Of a DNA stretch of 64,000 bases, positions 1 through 14,000 are shown piece by piece. The notes beneath the pieces are model-generated. The model ran no database searches. It saw only the letters and a program-made list of their open reading frames with translations, and was not told where the DNA came from. The position numbers and the translations under genes are program-made. The stretch is from Epiperipatus broadwayi (taxonomy: Eukaryota > Animalia > Onychophora), in the NCBI GenBank assembly GCA_028023455.1, contig JAQFVV010000007.1, forward strand, positions 6,262,001 to 6,326,000. The letters are read 5' to 3'. The stretch's first letter is position 1; each line of letters opens with the position of its first letter.

Positions 1-915
1 CCATATTTTGAAGAATATTTATAAAAATGCAACAGTAACAATTAGATTACATAATGATACTAGGAAGGTTAACATTGAGAAGAGTGTAAGGCAGGGTGAT
101 TCCACATCTCCAAAACTAAATGGGAAGCTAAAGGGGTAAAAGTCAATAGAAATTATTTAAGACATTTAGATTTTGCAGATTATATAGATGTTTTTGCAAA
201 TAATGCTTCAAAGCTTCATGAAATGTTACAAGACATCATATGAAAGTAAGAAAGCAGGACTAAAAATAAATGTTGAAAAGACTAAATTAATGTTCAATGG
301 ATTTTCTCAAAAGATGAAAATAAAGATTGATTATAATGAGTTAGAAGAAGTTAACAACTACAAATACCTTGGGCAGATTATTACTACAGATGGAAACATA
401 ATGGATGATATTAATCATATAAACTTGGTTAGAGTGCTTTTAGTACGAATAACTTAATATTAAAAATATGCCTATGTCTTTGAAAAGAAAGTTTTTTTAA
501 TAAATATGTTTTACCAGTTCTTACTTATGGATCTGAGACTTGGATACTTAATACAAGAGCAATACAGAAACTTCAAATCACTCAAAGAAGTATGGAGAAA
601 TGCATATTAGGAGTAACAAAAAGAGATCAAAATGCAATACATGGGTAAGAGCACAAACAGATTTTACTGACATTGTTGAAAGAATTAAAGGACTGAAATG
701 GAGTTGGGCTGGACATAGTGCTAGAAGATATAATAATAGATGAACAATTGAAATCTTACTGTAAAAGACTCAGAAAGAGATCATATGTGAGATGAATAAA
801 ATACAAAAGTGTGAAGGGGTGATGTGGAGAAGAGAAGCTAGAGATCAGAGATAGAATGAATTTGGAGAGACATTCTTCCTGCAATGGACTGATAATGGTT
901 GAAGATGATAATGAT
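1..915 (+). mobile_element. RTE-like non-LTR retrotransposon, degraded 3' part of the RT ORF
   Basis: Frame-broken RT motifs: RQGDSTSPK, LDFAD, GLKINVEKTKLM, YKYLGQ, VLPVLTYGSETW, LKWSWAGH. Ends in a short gatgataatgat tail. Confidence 0.85.
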
Positions 916-1872
916 CATATCATGTGTGAAAGCAGTTCACCCTAATTATTGATATTTTGGTATTTTATAAAATATCTTTTTGTTTAATTAAGTAATTTAT
1001 CAAAATCATATATGCAATGTTTACATTGCCATTAAATGTAATTTATAGTTCAACATGAGGAACTTGTATGCAGCATAAAATTTTGTAGACCAAATTCAGA
1101 ATATATTTGCATGAATTCATATTTACAAATCATATGCAGACTTGGGCTATACTTATTTTAAAAAACTGGATTGGTGTAACCAGATATAAAAGAATATATT
1201 ATTTATGGCTCAGTGAGTTCCAAATGAATGGTCTTATCATATAAAAAAATACACATAAAATAATCTAGATGTTTTAAAAGTCTGCAATATCTGACATTTG
1301 GCCTGGAGATATTTTTTTCACTTTATGGAAGGATTAACATATTGCCATGTATAATGTTAATATCTTTCTAAGTAATGAAAATTATTGAGCATTATTAGTA
1401 TTTTCTTTCTATTTTTTCTACAATATTTTACTACATTCAAATCACATTCATTTGTCTATGATATGTGTTTATTCACTTCCAAAAAAAAAAGATTAATTTA
1501 TTTAAAATTTAAATAAATTAATATTTTCTTTGAAAGTCAATAAATGCTTATCATAGAATTACATAATAAAAAGAAGAAGCAAAAGTCATTATACAATTAC
1601 ATTCATTTTTATAAATTTTTTCAAATCTATCATTGCTTTTAACATATAACATGGAGATGACAACAATTTAACTTATTTTACATTCTTCATCATCTGTTTT
1701 TTTGGTTTTGCATTCTTCAACTCTACAATTAATTTATCAGTGCAATACTATAATCTCTTGGACTATCTCTAAATATAGAGATGGAACAAAAAATATAAAC
1801 TACCTACAAGAATAAAAAATAAAATACAATTACTTATTTATGCAACCATTTTTAATATTTCAACCAGAGAAG

Positions 1873-1974
1873 TAATTATCATCAGAAAAGATAGACAAAC
1901 TCTGTCCTTCAAAAATTAAATGTATGTTTAGTTTTTGAAGGACATCATTTGTCTGCCTTTTCTGATGAAAATTA
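1873..1974. repeat. About 100-bp imperfect palindrome (fold-back or MITE-like)
   Basis: taattatcatcagaaaagatagacaaactctgtccttcaaaaatta is matched in inverted orientation by tagtttttgaaggacatcatttgtctgccttttctgatgaaaatta. Confidence 0.75.
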
Positions 1975-2962
1975 GTCTATTAAAAAAGTCATGTAGGCAA
2001 ATAATTATATTTCATCTTTATATATTGTACCCTTTACAATAGATACAGACAGTTAGTTAGAGTTGGAAAAATAGGTATATTTTAATAAAAATTTAATTTA
2101 GCTTATTTTCTAGTATATAATTTAAATGTTATAGATAGCAGGGGTTCAAACTCAGTAGTTAGGAGTTTATAAAGATATATCAGATAGTTTGAACTCATTA
2201 TAAGATGAATTAAATATAAAATGATATAATAATTTATCTAAAATATATTATTAATTTTAATTTATTATACAGTATTTAAAATGCTACAAAGATACAGTAG
2301 CTTAATAATAGTGATCAATATTTTATATTATCAGCCAAAGAGAGATAAAAAATAAAAATAAAGTGAATCCAAAAAAGGTTAAAAAGATAATAAGACCACG
2401 ATTCAGCAAACAGTAAAAACAGAAGCAGGATAACGTTTATATTTACGAATATGTACAAATAAAACTAAAATTTACATTCATTCATAAATTAATTTTAAAA
2501 ACATAACAAATACCGCCTTCTCCTTTCCCTATTTCGACTGATTTAGTCTAGACATTAAGGATTTTTATAAAATTTCTAATAAAAAAATACTATTTGTAAG
2601 AAAATAATTTTTGGATAAAAGAATTAAATCCTTACTTTTTCTTTTGGGTTAAATTTGTTTATATGATGGTAATTATTCATTCTTTAAACATTTGAAAAAT
2701 TTAGATTACATTCCGGTAAATTTAAAAACAAAATCGAAAGAAAAATATAATTACAAAAGAATAGCTATAATAATTAATGTAACAGCTACCTAAAAACTTA
2801 TTTTAATCATAATACATGAGAGAAATGAAGACATGGGAATCCAGAATAAGATTGTATGGGGGGGGGGGGTCATATTAAAATCTAACATCATGATTATATC
2901 AAAAGAAAAGAAAAAAAACACGTGATAAATATCTTAACTTTAAAAGTCTACAGAATTGCTGC

Positions 2963-3560
2963 AATTATGCTAAAAGGTAGGCCAAATATGATATGGAAGT
3001 TAAAGCAGAATCGGACCTGGCTTATAATTTACAAGCAGCAAAAACAAAATAATGTATCAAAGAAGAACAGATGCAGATTCAGGTGATTGAGCACGTGCAG
3101 CAAATTCAAGTACAAGAACAAGAAATTCAGTGCAGTCAAAGAGAAATAGAGGCAACTGTTCATAGACCTGCAGAAGCTGAAAAAAATTCAAATTGAAAAA
3201 ATTAGCTGAAGCCAATAGAATTAAGATCGTTCTTGAAGCTGAGGTCGAGGCTGAAAGTATCAGAGTTAAAGAAGAAGCAGAAGCATATACCATTGAAGCC
3301 AAGGCCAAAGCTGAACAAATGGCTGAGAAAGCAGATGCATGGAAGGAATACAATGAGGCCGCAATGGTGGACATGCTAGAAACATTACCAACGGTTGCAG
3401 CTCCTCTTTCCCAGACTAAGAGTTGTTATGGTGTCCAGTGGTAAAGGAAACATTGGTGCACCTAAATTGATGGGTATAGTTGTTGATATTGTCTGCAAAA
3501 TTCCATGAGTTGTTGAGTCAATGACCAGTGTAGATAATTCAAAGGGGATACGCCATCCAC
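2963..3560 (+). pseudogene. FLOT1: Flotillin-1 processed pseudogene (C-terminal half)
   Basis: Translates to [34 protein letters not shown]...RPAEAEK...KLAEANR...[17 protein letters not shown]...[19 protein letters not shown]...[12 protein letters not shown]. This is collinear with insect flotillin-1, intronless, and carries stops, frameshifts and small deletions. Confidence 0.92.
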
Positions 3561-3711
3561 AGTTAACTCATTTGTGGATGTAAATTTTTTTTGATGTTCT
3601 CTATGTGGCAGGAGACTTCTAAATTAACTGTCTCACAGTTTTCTTAATATTTCAACATTTGAACAACATACACTGCATTTCTTAAAAAACAACTTATTCT
3701 TTGTATATTTC

Positions 3712-4150
3712 ACAACTCGGTTCAGAGAAAATTTAAAAAAGTAATCGATAATCTTATATGTATAAAAGAGCACTGAATAACAAAGAGATTACATCAGCAT
3801 TCTTGGAGCATGAAAAGAGCACCGGTCATAGATTCGAATCTACCAACCCCAGAATAGTGTGCAGAGAAAGAAATGATCATAGGCATAAAATAAAGGAAGC
3901 ATACTTCATAAATGACACTCAATCTATCAATAGAAAAGACACCTGCTTCACCATTTCAAAAAGATGGACAAACTAATCCAAACAAAATTTAAACAAAATA
4001 AAATACTAAAACACAGCTCCTAGCCAATTAGCATAAATCAGAATACTCTCCCTCATTACTATCAACTGCCCTCAGCTATGAATATGAAGCCATGGAGTTT
4101 TGAAAGCACTAAGTGTAAATAAATATTAATAAATATAGCTTCTCTAACAA
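3712..4150 (+). mobile_element. Penelope-like element 3' fragment (GIY-YIG C-terminus plus pseudo-LTR)
   Basis: TRFREN...SAFLEHEKSTGHRFESTNPRIVCRERNDHRHKIKEAYFI...SINRKD is a typical PLE endonuclease end. It is followed by a decayed hammerhead-like motif near 4073-4115 (...gaaagcacta). Confidence 0.8.
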
Positions 4151-6939
4151 GTGTAAAAGTGCATAATTTTTGGTATGATAATTATTTTTGTTTAAAATAT
4201 TATATAAGTTAATTTAATATTATTTTAAAGGTGCTGAAAGTATCACATGATTAGATGTGTGTGAATATGTGTGCTTTCAAAAAGTTAGGGAAAGAAATCT
4301 TTAGTCTTAATTTGTTAACGAGATTTGAAACATAAAGTGTAGCAAGTTATTTAGTTTAGGAAAAAAAATATTAGAAAAATAATATTTAAATTTATCGTCA
4401 TTTTATTTAAGTGTAACAATTTATTTTTTAAATCAATTTCAGGTTATTTAAATATTAAAAATTGTTTTAACAAGAATATTTATATTTTTAAATAAAAGTA
4501 TTTAATGTATTACATAATTTGATATTTATTATTGATAAATCATAGTTTTATAACTTAATTTTAAAAATCATATTGATGTAGTTATGAAAATTAGTAAATT
4601 TGTATGAGCAGTGTTGACCAATGAAATCATTGGATTAAGACCAGTATAAAGAGATTGTAGCCAGTCTAGACAGATTTTTCATATTAGTTGTGTTTTCAGT
4701 GTTTTACAGATTTAGTTTGAAATTTATAACTTTATTTTTATACTGTAACAGTAGTAATTTCTTTTAAATTACTATTATTTACTTGAAAGTGTTATTGAAA
4801 AATATAATTAGGATAACTACTTAAATAATGATTCACTAAACATCAAATTTCCCTATTAGTTTGTCTACTTGAAACTTAATTCAGGACCTCAATAGCTCTA
4901 TGGAATGCAATAATGGCTACTTAAATATTGTGAAGATGAATACCAAATATCAGTAAAATTACTGCAACAAAATTGGAGTGGATTTACATAAGAACTTTGT
5001 AATTTTTATAGATATGTTTGGAATGAGTGACTATTTATTTCAAATGATTTTATCATATTGCAATGCAGCTAATTTATTCAAGGTAATTAAGATGAACCAA
5101 ATATTTATTAAAAATCTTATTTGTAATATTAAATTTGAAAAGTGAAGATAATTAAGATTCTGTATCTGTACTTTAAAACTAAACTTAAATTATCTTATGG
5201 TATGATTAATGTCCAATTCTATGAGTGACAATAATAACCCACATTTGATTTGTCTTTAAAGAAATCAAAATGAACTTATGTTTTAAAAATGATGTATTTA
5301 AAGACAAACTGAAGAAAATGATTTTGAAGGACTTTTGTGCCTTTTAAATAATTTGCTATTGATAAAATCAATAAATTATATTTTAACATAATTTATCAGG
5401 AAATAATGAAATCAGGTTTGTCTTTTAAAGGAATTAAAATTATATCTGTAAATAAATGCCTGAATGATATGTCTTTTTACCTGGAAAAGAAAAATATTTA
5501 GAGCCAAGATATATGTTTAAAAGATAAAAAAAAAATTTTTCTTAAAAGAAATATTTATTTTAATTCATAATTATGCCTGATGATGAATTTATATTATAAT
5601 GTCAGCTACTAATATTTTTTACCAATGGAAAATGTGAATAATAATTATATTATATTCACTGCAATATGTACTTGATTTATATAATGGCCGAAAACATACA
5701 TGAGAAATATTTTCATAAATGGATCTATAAATTATTTAAAGAAGATATTATATTCCTGAATAAATGCTTAGAGGAAAAAAACTGGAATGAACAATTATTT
5801 CTTCAGGATTATTAATATTCTTGGATTTTACTGAATTTTAATGTTGTCATTTGTACATTTCTTCATATGGTGTCAAAATAAAGATATAATTGTGCATAAT
5901 GATGTTCAACTGAAGCTAGACAATGGAGCAAGCTTCTTGATAAGCAATTCAACTTATGAACAAGGAGGGAAAAAATCCTTTTGTAACTAAACTTTATTAT
6001 TATGATTTGTATTTTTTTAGTGTTCTTTTAACATTATTTTAAAAAATATAATTATTTATTTTAAAACTTGTTATTATATAGTTTTAAAATAGATTAACTT
6101 TATTGTTGTTTTAAAAAAAACAAATGGGTATTCAAAAAGTAATTTTCTGAACAAGGCAAATTTCAATCGTATTTTTTTCTTTGAATGTATGGTTTTAAGA
6201 AATGGGTCGCCATAAATATTTTAATATTATAATGAGATCATTGGTAATTTTTGTTATTTAGATTACATTTTTGCTTAATAATTTTGTCTCGTTTCTTTTA
6301 TTTAAGAAAAAATATATCCTAATTAGTATTTTAAGATCAATATTTCACATTCCTTGAATTTAATGTTAAACAGTGGAATGAACCATTGATAAATTTACTG
6401 TGTGTATTTTATGAATGAATTGATAAATGCTGACGAATGTTTGAAAAACATCTAAGGATATTTTAAATGTTTATTTTAATGTGAATGCTTGAATATGCAT
6501 ATATCATATAGCATTGTTAAATTATTAATGTTATTTTTATGAATATTGTCTGTTGAAATACAGTAAAAGACATAATACTGATCTCTAAATTATATCATAA
6601 ATAAATAAAATGCATAGTGTTGATGTATGTTTATCAAGATCATTTGTGCATGAAAACTTTTAAAAAAAATCTTGAAATGATTTTAGATCTTTGTTGTTTT
6701 CTTTAGTATTGTGTTTTGGAAGTTATTTTAGGATGCTGTTGGTATTTTTTATGATGTTGGATGAGTTATTCAGTGTGGAAGATAGAGTATGGTGGTCAGG
6801 AAAGTAATATTATTCCTATGAAACTAGGTGTTAGGGATATGTTGAAAACTGTTATATGTGAGTTATATTTGCATACTTTAAAATTATTAAAATATACAGA
6901 TAACATAGGGCTGTATATCTTTTTCCATGGACAGTTGCA

Positions 6940-7300
6940 TTTCCTTATCATCAATAAATGCTATAATAAAGCCATGACTTGAATATTAGGTGCCCAATGA
7001 ATATGGACCTACTCTTATGATTTGCACTGTACCCATGCTGATATGATCTTACTCTTTTGAAACATTCTTGTTATTATCCTATACCCTATACTTTAATCAC
7101 TATCTATCACCACAGATATCATTGTAGAAGATAGTTTTACAAGTTGGAAAAGTAATGACTAAACCGTTTGAAATAGATAACTTTGTGAGAAGGCAAGATG
7201 TGAGTATATAGGAATTTCTTTCACAAATGGTGTTGAAATGTTTAATGATTGCCATAATATGTAATACAAGAGAATTGATGCCCATATAGAATATTAGAGA
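6940..7300 (-). mobile_element. Decayed RNase H-like region of an I/R1-type LINE
   Basis: Minus-strand fragments EIPIYSH and VHIHWAPNIQV resemble the IYSDS and FxWIPSH RNase H motifs. Heavily eroded. Confidence 0.35.
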
Positions 7301-9236
7301 TCGCTTAGCTCAAACAGATACATATTCATAAGGAATGAAAGTGAGAATAGTGAAAATGATTTTTGAATGATATAATGAATGTAAGAGTATAAAAATGAAA
7401 GTAATACAAATGTCAAACAATATAACTTATGGATAGTTTCTTAAATTTTATTATAAATAATTTAAACCTAGTAAGTTACAAAAATTTCCTCTTGAATAGT
7501 TTTTGCATAATAGTTAATTAATTTTATAGAGGGAAATATTTATATTTTATTTAAAATTTTCTGATACCCAAATATTAGAATGATACTTTGCTCAACTGCA
7601 AAAAAAAAATTTTTTTTTATACTTTATTTGGACTTGAAGAAATGTATTTTAAAATATAAACTTGTATTGATGTGTTTACATTATAAGAAATACATTTTAT
7701 GGTAGAATAAGCATAATATTAAGTTTTTATTTTAGAAATTGGGAAAGTTATTCTACCTATTCCCAATATAAATAATAGAATACTATTTTACTAAATGAAG
7801 ATTACATATTATCATTACTGTTGTTTCATTTTTTATTTATTTTGAAATGGCCCGAGTAAATGCTATTTTTATTTTATCTCATGTATTTATTGGCAATATT
7901 TATTGTAAATACTTTTTTTACGTTAAATAATGTTAATTCTTATTTATTTTTGTAAATATTTTATGTAATAAATTTATTTTTAATTTGTAAATAAATTTGT
8001 GAATTGTATTTCGAAATCAACATTTAGTCATGTGATTTATCTGATTGTTGCTTATTTGATTTTTCATTCTCTATGCATGATCCACAGAAATTAATAATTT
8101 AAAATATTACTTTTTTTGGCATATGATCCTCAAGATTACTTAGATATTATTTTTATTATAGTTGGTTGAATAACAAAGTATATTATTATTATTATTATTA
8201 TCATAGAAAATATGATCATTAGTAATTATTTTAAAATAGTACACCAATGAGAGTTATACTTGAAATTGCCACAATATTAAAATACATTATATATTTTTAA
8301 GAATGCCACACTAAACAAAGATAGATTGTACAATGTTTAATTTAAATTTTATTATATTATTTTTTTTTATATTACTAAATTTTAATTATTAAGTAGATTT
8401 AATATTGAGAGTCATAAAGTTGCTTATTGTTGTATTTATTTTATAAGAGTAGTTAGATATCATGTAAAATCCCTCATCATATTTAACAAGGTGTTAATTC
8501 ATTCATTCATTTTGTTACTAGTTTGTGAGAAATGAGTCTGAGATTATTATTATTATTTTGGAGGATTGTAAATTTCTTATTGAGAGATGAAGAGTAAAGT
8601 TATTAGTTTATATTTTATTAAGGGAATATTAATTATTTTATTATTATTTCTGTAATAAATTTATAAAATCATATTTAAGATTATTAGATGTGTGTGTTTT
8701 AAAGACACGAGAGCATTACCTGTCAGTTTTGTTATATGAATTTGTGGGATAATATACTTATGCCATTGGGAATGCATCTTTTGGGATGTATTCTTAATGT
8801 TTAAGCCAGTGTACCTTACTGAATGTCTCATGTTAAAAGTTTTCATAATTATATTTGTTATTTTGATAGAATGTTTTTTGTTTATAATTTTGAGCTAGTT
8901 ATAAATTGAATTTATTATTGATTAGTAAATGAATAGATTGAGTATTATAGTTGGAACCCTAATTATTTATTATGAACCTAAGTATTATATTTTATTATAA
9001 GTTTTCTTAAATTTAATTATTGAAAATATTGCTTTATTACATATTATATCTTAGTAAAGTATCTTGAGCTAGCCTTCATGTTAGTTGTCTTGATAGTAAT
9101 TATTTATCCAACTTAATTGTAATACATTATTATTATCTCAGTTAACTGGATTCTTTTTTGTTCAATAGTTTTTCCTTTAAGGAAGGGTACAATATATATA
9201 ATACAAAAAATGCCCGTTAATTAAAAATTACTTAAT

Positions 9237-9351
9237 AACAATAAAAATAATAAATATAACAGTAATTAACTATTATATACACTCTTTCTATCTTCTGCAG
9301 ATTGAAAGACTGTATATAATAGTTAATTACCATTATATTATTTTTATTGTT
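9237..9351. repeat. AT-rich imperfect palindrome with about 57-bp arms
   Basis: aacaataaaaataat...tatacactctttctatct / tctgc loop / agattgaaagactgtatataatagttaattacc...tttttattgtt. Confidence 0.75.
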
Positions 9352-9400
9352 TTATATATATATAATTCTAATATTCTGATGGATAAATGATAATTTCATA

Positions 9401-9613
9401 CTATTATTTTCAGGAGATTCCGTGTAGTAAAAATAAAATTGCTGATATTTCAGAACAATATTAAATACTTTCCTCACAGCTTCTTCTTTCTCAAATCGTA
9501 ACAAACATTCTTATGATTTGAAAAAGAAGCTCTGAAAAAAATACTTGTTATTGTACTAAAATATCAGCTATTTAGCTTTCATTTTTACTAACGGAATTGC
9601 CAGAAAATAATAG
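9401..9613. mobile_element. Inverted pair of PLE pseudo-LTRs (family Z), with decayed hammerheads in both arms
   Basis: Both arms align to the arms of the 25831-26509 element (agaagctctgaa...tacttgttattgtact..aaatatcagct). Confidence 0.8.
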
Positions 9614-9840
9614 AATGAAATCATATATATATTAGTAAGCAGATTTTCACAGACTTATACATGTAAATATTGAAAGTTTTATTAGAATTTTTTGTATGTT
9701 AATGTAAATAACTTTCAGCTATAATATAACTAGACAAACAGATAATCATATGTTAAGTTAAACAAAACCCCAAACATCATAGCAAAGTCATAACATAGCT
9801 TATTAAAAATAAATTCTTTTTTCAATATAAGCTAGTAGAC

Positions 9841-10039
9841 CACAGACTTTCACACGACCCACTCTATCTCATAACACTGATACACTTGAACACATATATG
9901 TTGAAAAGAAAAATAATCACCAATATACGTATTTCATGCTAAACCAGCAATCAACAGTTAGTCCAGATTATCATCTCTATACATATGTATCAGTGTTATA
10001 AGATAGAGTGGAGAGTGGTGGATCATGTGAAAGTCTGTG
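9841..10039 (-). mobile_element. Hammerhead-bearing short element, family X, with inverted 3' tail
   Basis: Homologous to 19688-19858 and 24803-25170. The tail 9841-9885 is repeated in inverted orientation at 9987-10039. Confidence 0.8.
9912..9972 (-). ncRNA. Type I hammerhead ribozyme motif (family X), core mutated
   Basis: GAUAAUC-UGGA-CUAA CUGUUGA UUGCUG GUU UAGCAU GAAA UACGUA UA UUGG U GAUUAUU. A6 is changed to U, so it is probably inactive. Confidence 0.6.
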
Positions 10040-10969
10040 CACATACACCCTATATATTACATATATAGATACAGGTATATAATAAGCCTGTATTTCAGTT
10101 ATACGCTGCTAGAGTAAATTTTTTGACATGAAAAATACTTTTCAGGTTTGACAATAATAAAAATTTAATACAATTAATAACTACAATTCAATCAATCAAA
10201 CAAAATAAAATTTTTCAAAATTTAGTTCTGAAAGCATCAGTTTCTACCCATTCATTCTAGTCAACCTTGTAAACATTAAAATCAGAGGATGACATTTGAA
10301 TGGTTTCTGGCAATTAATACAATGCTTTTCTTCAATTGATTAAATTCTAACAGAATATCAAGATCATTAGAATTACACATTTATTACTAATATTTAACAT
10401 TTAAAATAGAAATTCACTAAAAATCTGGGAGTTAATAACAATAATTAAGTAAAACAAAGGCTTTTTATATGCTTTTATTTAACTTTTTTTGCTTTTATGT
10501 CTGAAAGAAAATCTTGTAAGTCAATTTTCACTCATTTCCCAAAGCTCAATTTAGATGAAACTTTAAGTATATAAGTATTCCTGGTGGTAATACATTTTCT
10601 TTGAATTTGTAAATAATCTTAATAAAAAAATTTAAATTTTATAACTAATATTGGTGTAAATGGTGTTGGCTAATGCTCACATTCTTGTATTAATACCAAT
10701 CTATTTCTAAGATTAAAAATGGTCACTTTTATCTGATTAATATATTCACATTATTACACCGAAAGTGGGTGTTAGTTGCAAATTTATATAAATGATTCTT
10801 TTGGAGTGATTTAGACTTTAATTACTAGTAATACTTTCACACCTTATTCACTATTTGTAAAAGGTGGAGAATTTTTTTTTTAATTTGGATTTACTCCAAT
10901 TCTGAAAGAAACTTCAAAAAAATCTTTCAACCTGGCATATACTGAAATATCAACACCATAATTACTATA

Positions 10970-11096
10970 TTAATAATTTTTACTAGCTTTTCAATAGACT
11001 AGATTTTCCACTTAATATTTCTGTAGTTTTCACTACATCACTCTCACATAAGGTAGTGTGTAGTGAAAATTACACTACAGACATATCATAATTATT
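10970..11096. repeat. Family Y tail fragments in inverted arrangement
   Basis: taataatttttactag...tatttctgtagttttcactac...ctctcacataaggtag followed by gtgaaaattacactacagacatatc. Matches the tails at 33642-33735 and 33925-34022. Confidence 0.65.
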
Positions 11097-14000
11097 AGTT
11101 TTTTGAATGGAAGTGATTTGTACCAAATAAATCAACATTTAATTTCTTCTCTTAATTTACTTCTTTTACAATCAAATGTCAATCTTTATTCCCACTTGAA
11201 TCTAAATATTTAGAAGATATTGAACAGTCTCTTGATGAAGGAGTTAATGCAATCACCTGTCAGATCCACATCCTGAGTTTCTGATATAGCTAGAATAAAA
11301 TGTGGAAAGTTTTGTAAATTCCAATTACACACAGAAATTTTTCTTTCAGGTTGCTAGACCATGATTTACCATGCCAACTATCCAATTATTAGTCAGTAAA
11401 TTACCATCTAGCTATTATTACCTAAAAAGTAAAAACAGTACATGTAATTTGTACAATCATCATTACCCAGGATCTGGAAAACCTTATAAGAATTCCTTCT
11501 CTATCACTGTTCATCTAAGAATGAAGATGTTTAGAGACTTTCACTCTGCAATAGCTATTTAAAAGTTGTTTTATCTTTTACCTATTAAATAATAATTAGA
11601 CATTATGTGATAATATATTCACTGTCTCCAGATTACCACAATCGATTTTCACTTGTCTTCATCAGAGCAAGAAAAAGTAATATATCAAGTGAGTGCACAT
11701 TGGCTATCTGATGATCACCCGAAACTCTCATTACTGTTGCGTACAAAAAAAAATATTTTGCTGATTTAATTTATACTTAATTAGTATATATCATCCTTGG
11801 TTTATAACTATAGATGACTTCTGAACTAAAGTTCAAATCTCATAGTGGCACAAGTAGATGGCTTGAGGTGTTGAAACTTTCAAGTCATTAGCTGGATAAT
11901 ATAACAGAAACAAAAAATCTAATGAAAAATACTACTCATTGATCCTCCCATCTGAATAAACATTCATTGCTCAGAAAATAGTCATAGGAGTTCGAAATCA
12001 TTGATTAAGTGTCATATAGGATTTGATAATTAATTAATCCCATAAATTAAAATAAAAGTCAATACCATATACAGTCATCCTTACATATCCACAACTCAAA
12101 TTCACAAATAGAATCTAATAGTATTATGTTTTTTTTTGCAAAACACACACATATAGGTCTGTGCACTTATGAATATTCATGTTAAAAATATATACTTCAT
12201 AAATACAGACTCACATTTATGAATAAAATTGAACAGTACTATAATGTTTTTTTTTTAAAAACCTACATATACATTTGTACACATAAATAAATTGAACTTG
12301 TGCAAGTAATTTGCCAATTTAAGTTCAAGCCCTAATTTAGGAATGGTCAATACATATTGATTTATTTAAAGAATAAGCTATAAGCACAGGTAAACCATCT
12401 ATGCATTTAAAACATTTATTGATGGGAGAGGATGTATCAATTTTTCAATGTATGTGCAAAGAAAAACTACATATGGATAAGAAGAGGATACTGTAATATA
12501 TTGTAGCATTGTGTAGCTAGCTACAAGGTAAGAAAGAGGCAAACATTATAATAATATAGGCTTGATAAAAGGAGGATTAAATTGAATTCCTGCAGTGTTG
12601 GTAGAATATGTGTGTGCTTTATTTTTAATATTTTATTTCTCTTTATAAAATGAGAAAAACAGTAAGTTAATAATCATAACTTATAATTATAATAAAATGA
12701 AATAAAATAGACTAAAATAATGCTCATAATAAAAGATACAAATCAGATTTATCAGAAATGTCAAAACTTTACCAAATTATAAAAGTTAATAAGTAATCAT
12801 CAATTGTTTTAAAACAAATTCAAATTTATAAAGAAGCAATATTTCTCAATGTTTTCTTTCTTCCTACTTTTTTGATTTTAATTATTGTTCATGAATAAAT
12901 ATGCAGTTAGATATTGAGTAAAATATATGAGGTAAATTTTGGAGTAGATTGCCCGGAAGGTATTAAACAACATATTTTTTAATAAATATTTTTTGATAAA
13001 TGCTAATAGTTACATATAAAGAGCTGAGATAAAGAATTTTAGAATGTATTTTGCTATCAGAATAAACCAAACTTCGTACCCTTCTTATGAAGTTAATACA
13101 CCAAGTTATATATTTGCCAGTAAAAGAACAATAATTATACAATGATCCACAAATTAAGTATTTATGCTATTATAATATGCATTACTAAGTATTATTTCAC
13201 AGATGTTCATTTTTCCATATTATGTAACTTCATAGAAGAAGAAAGTCTGAAAAATCCAGCCCTAATTTGAAAAGCAAATAATGCATATTGTCATTTGAAT
13301 AAAGGTATTTACTTTTGTCCATAAATTGAAATTACCATTACAGACTTCCCTGACAATAAATTATGAAAGAAGAAAATATACTGATATTGGCTAGCCAAAA
13401 TAAAACTAAGGATTATTTAGAAGATTGGATTTTTCATTTGCAAAAAAATAAAAAAAACAATTATTATTTTGATTATCAGCTTTTTTTTTTTCATTTGTAG
13501 CTTAAATAAGAAAACTAAGTGCTACCTTCTTTTTGCATTTTTATGAAGCAATTTGTGTATACGATCAAATTTTACCTCACTTACAAAAACCTACAAATCT
13601 CTCCAATTCTATATGTATTTCAAAATGCAGGCCACTATATACATTATATCCATTTAAAAAATTTTATCTCTAACTTTTTAATCAGGGCTGCCCTATTTTT
13701 GCATTTTTATGAAGTCATTTGAAAATAGTTATTTTATGATTTCATTGCATTTTTATATTGAAAATTATCAAAGTTTTTTAAACAATTTAATATCATAAAG
13801 TAAAAAATTCATAGCCTACGTAATTCTCCACAAAAAGAAAGAAAATTGTGTAAGATTCATCAAGATTGATGCAATATTTGTCGAGTTATCAAATAACAAA
13901 CTTTCACATTTATATAGTAATAAGGATAAGCATTTAAATTACAACAGCTCTCCTTAAACATGTACATGAAGATATATTACACTGTAATGACCCTGCTATT

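Noticed and set aside
2858-2869. G12 run (also C12 at 27186-27197)
   Set aside because: Simple homopolymers with no supporting context.
4860-5960. Protein-like decayed frames
   Set aside because: Too many stops and no recognisable motif to assign a family.
11633-11735. Two opposite CUGAUGA..GAAA cores
   Set aside because: Helix II is absent or very weak, and the minus copy has G at the cleavage position. At most eroded remnants.
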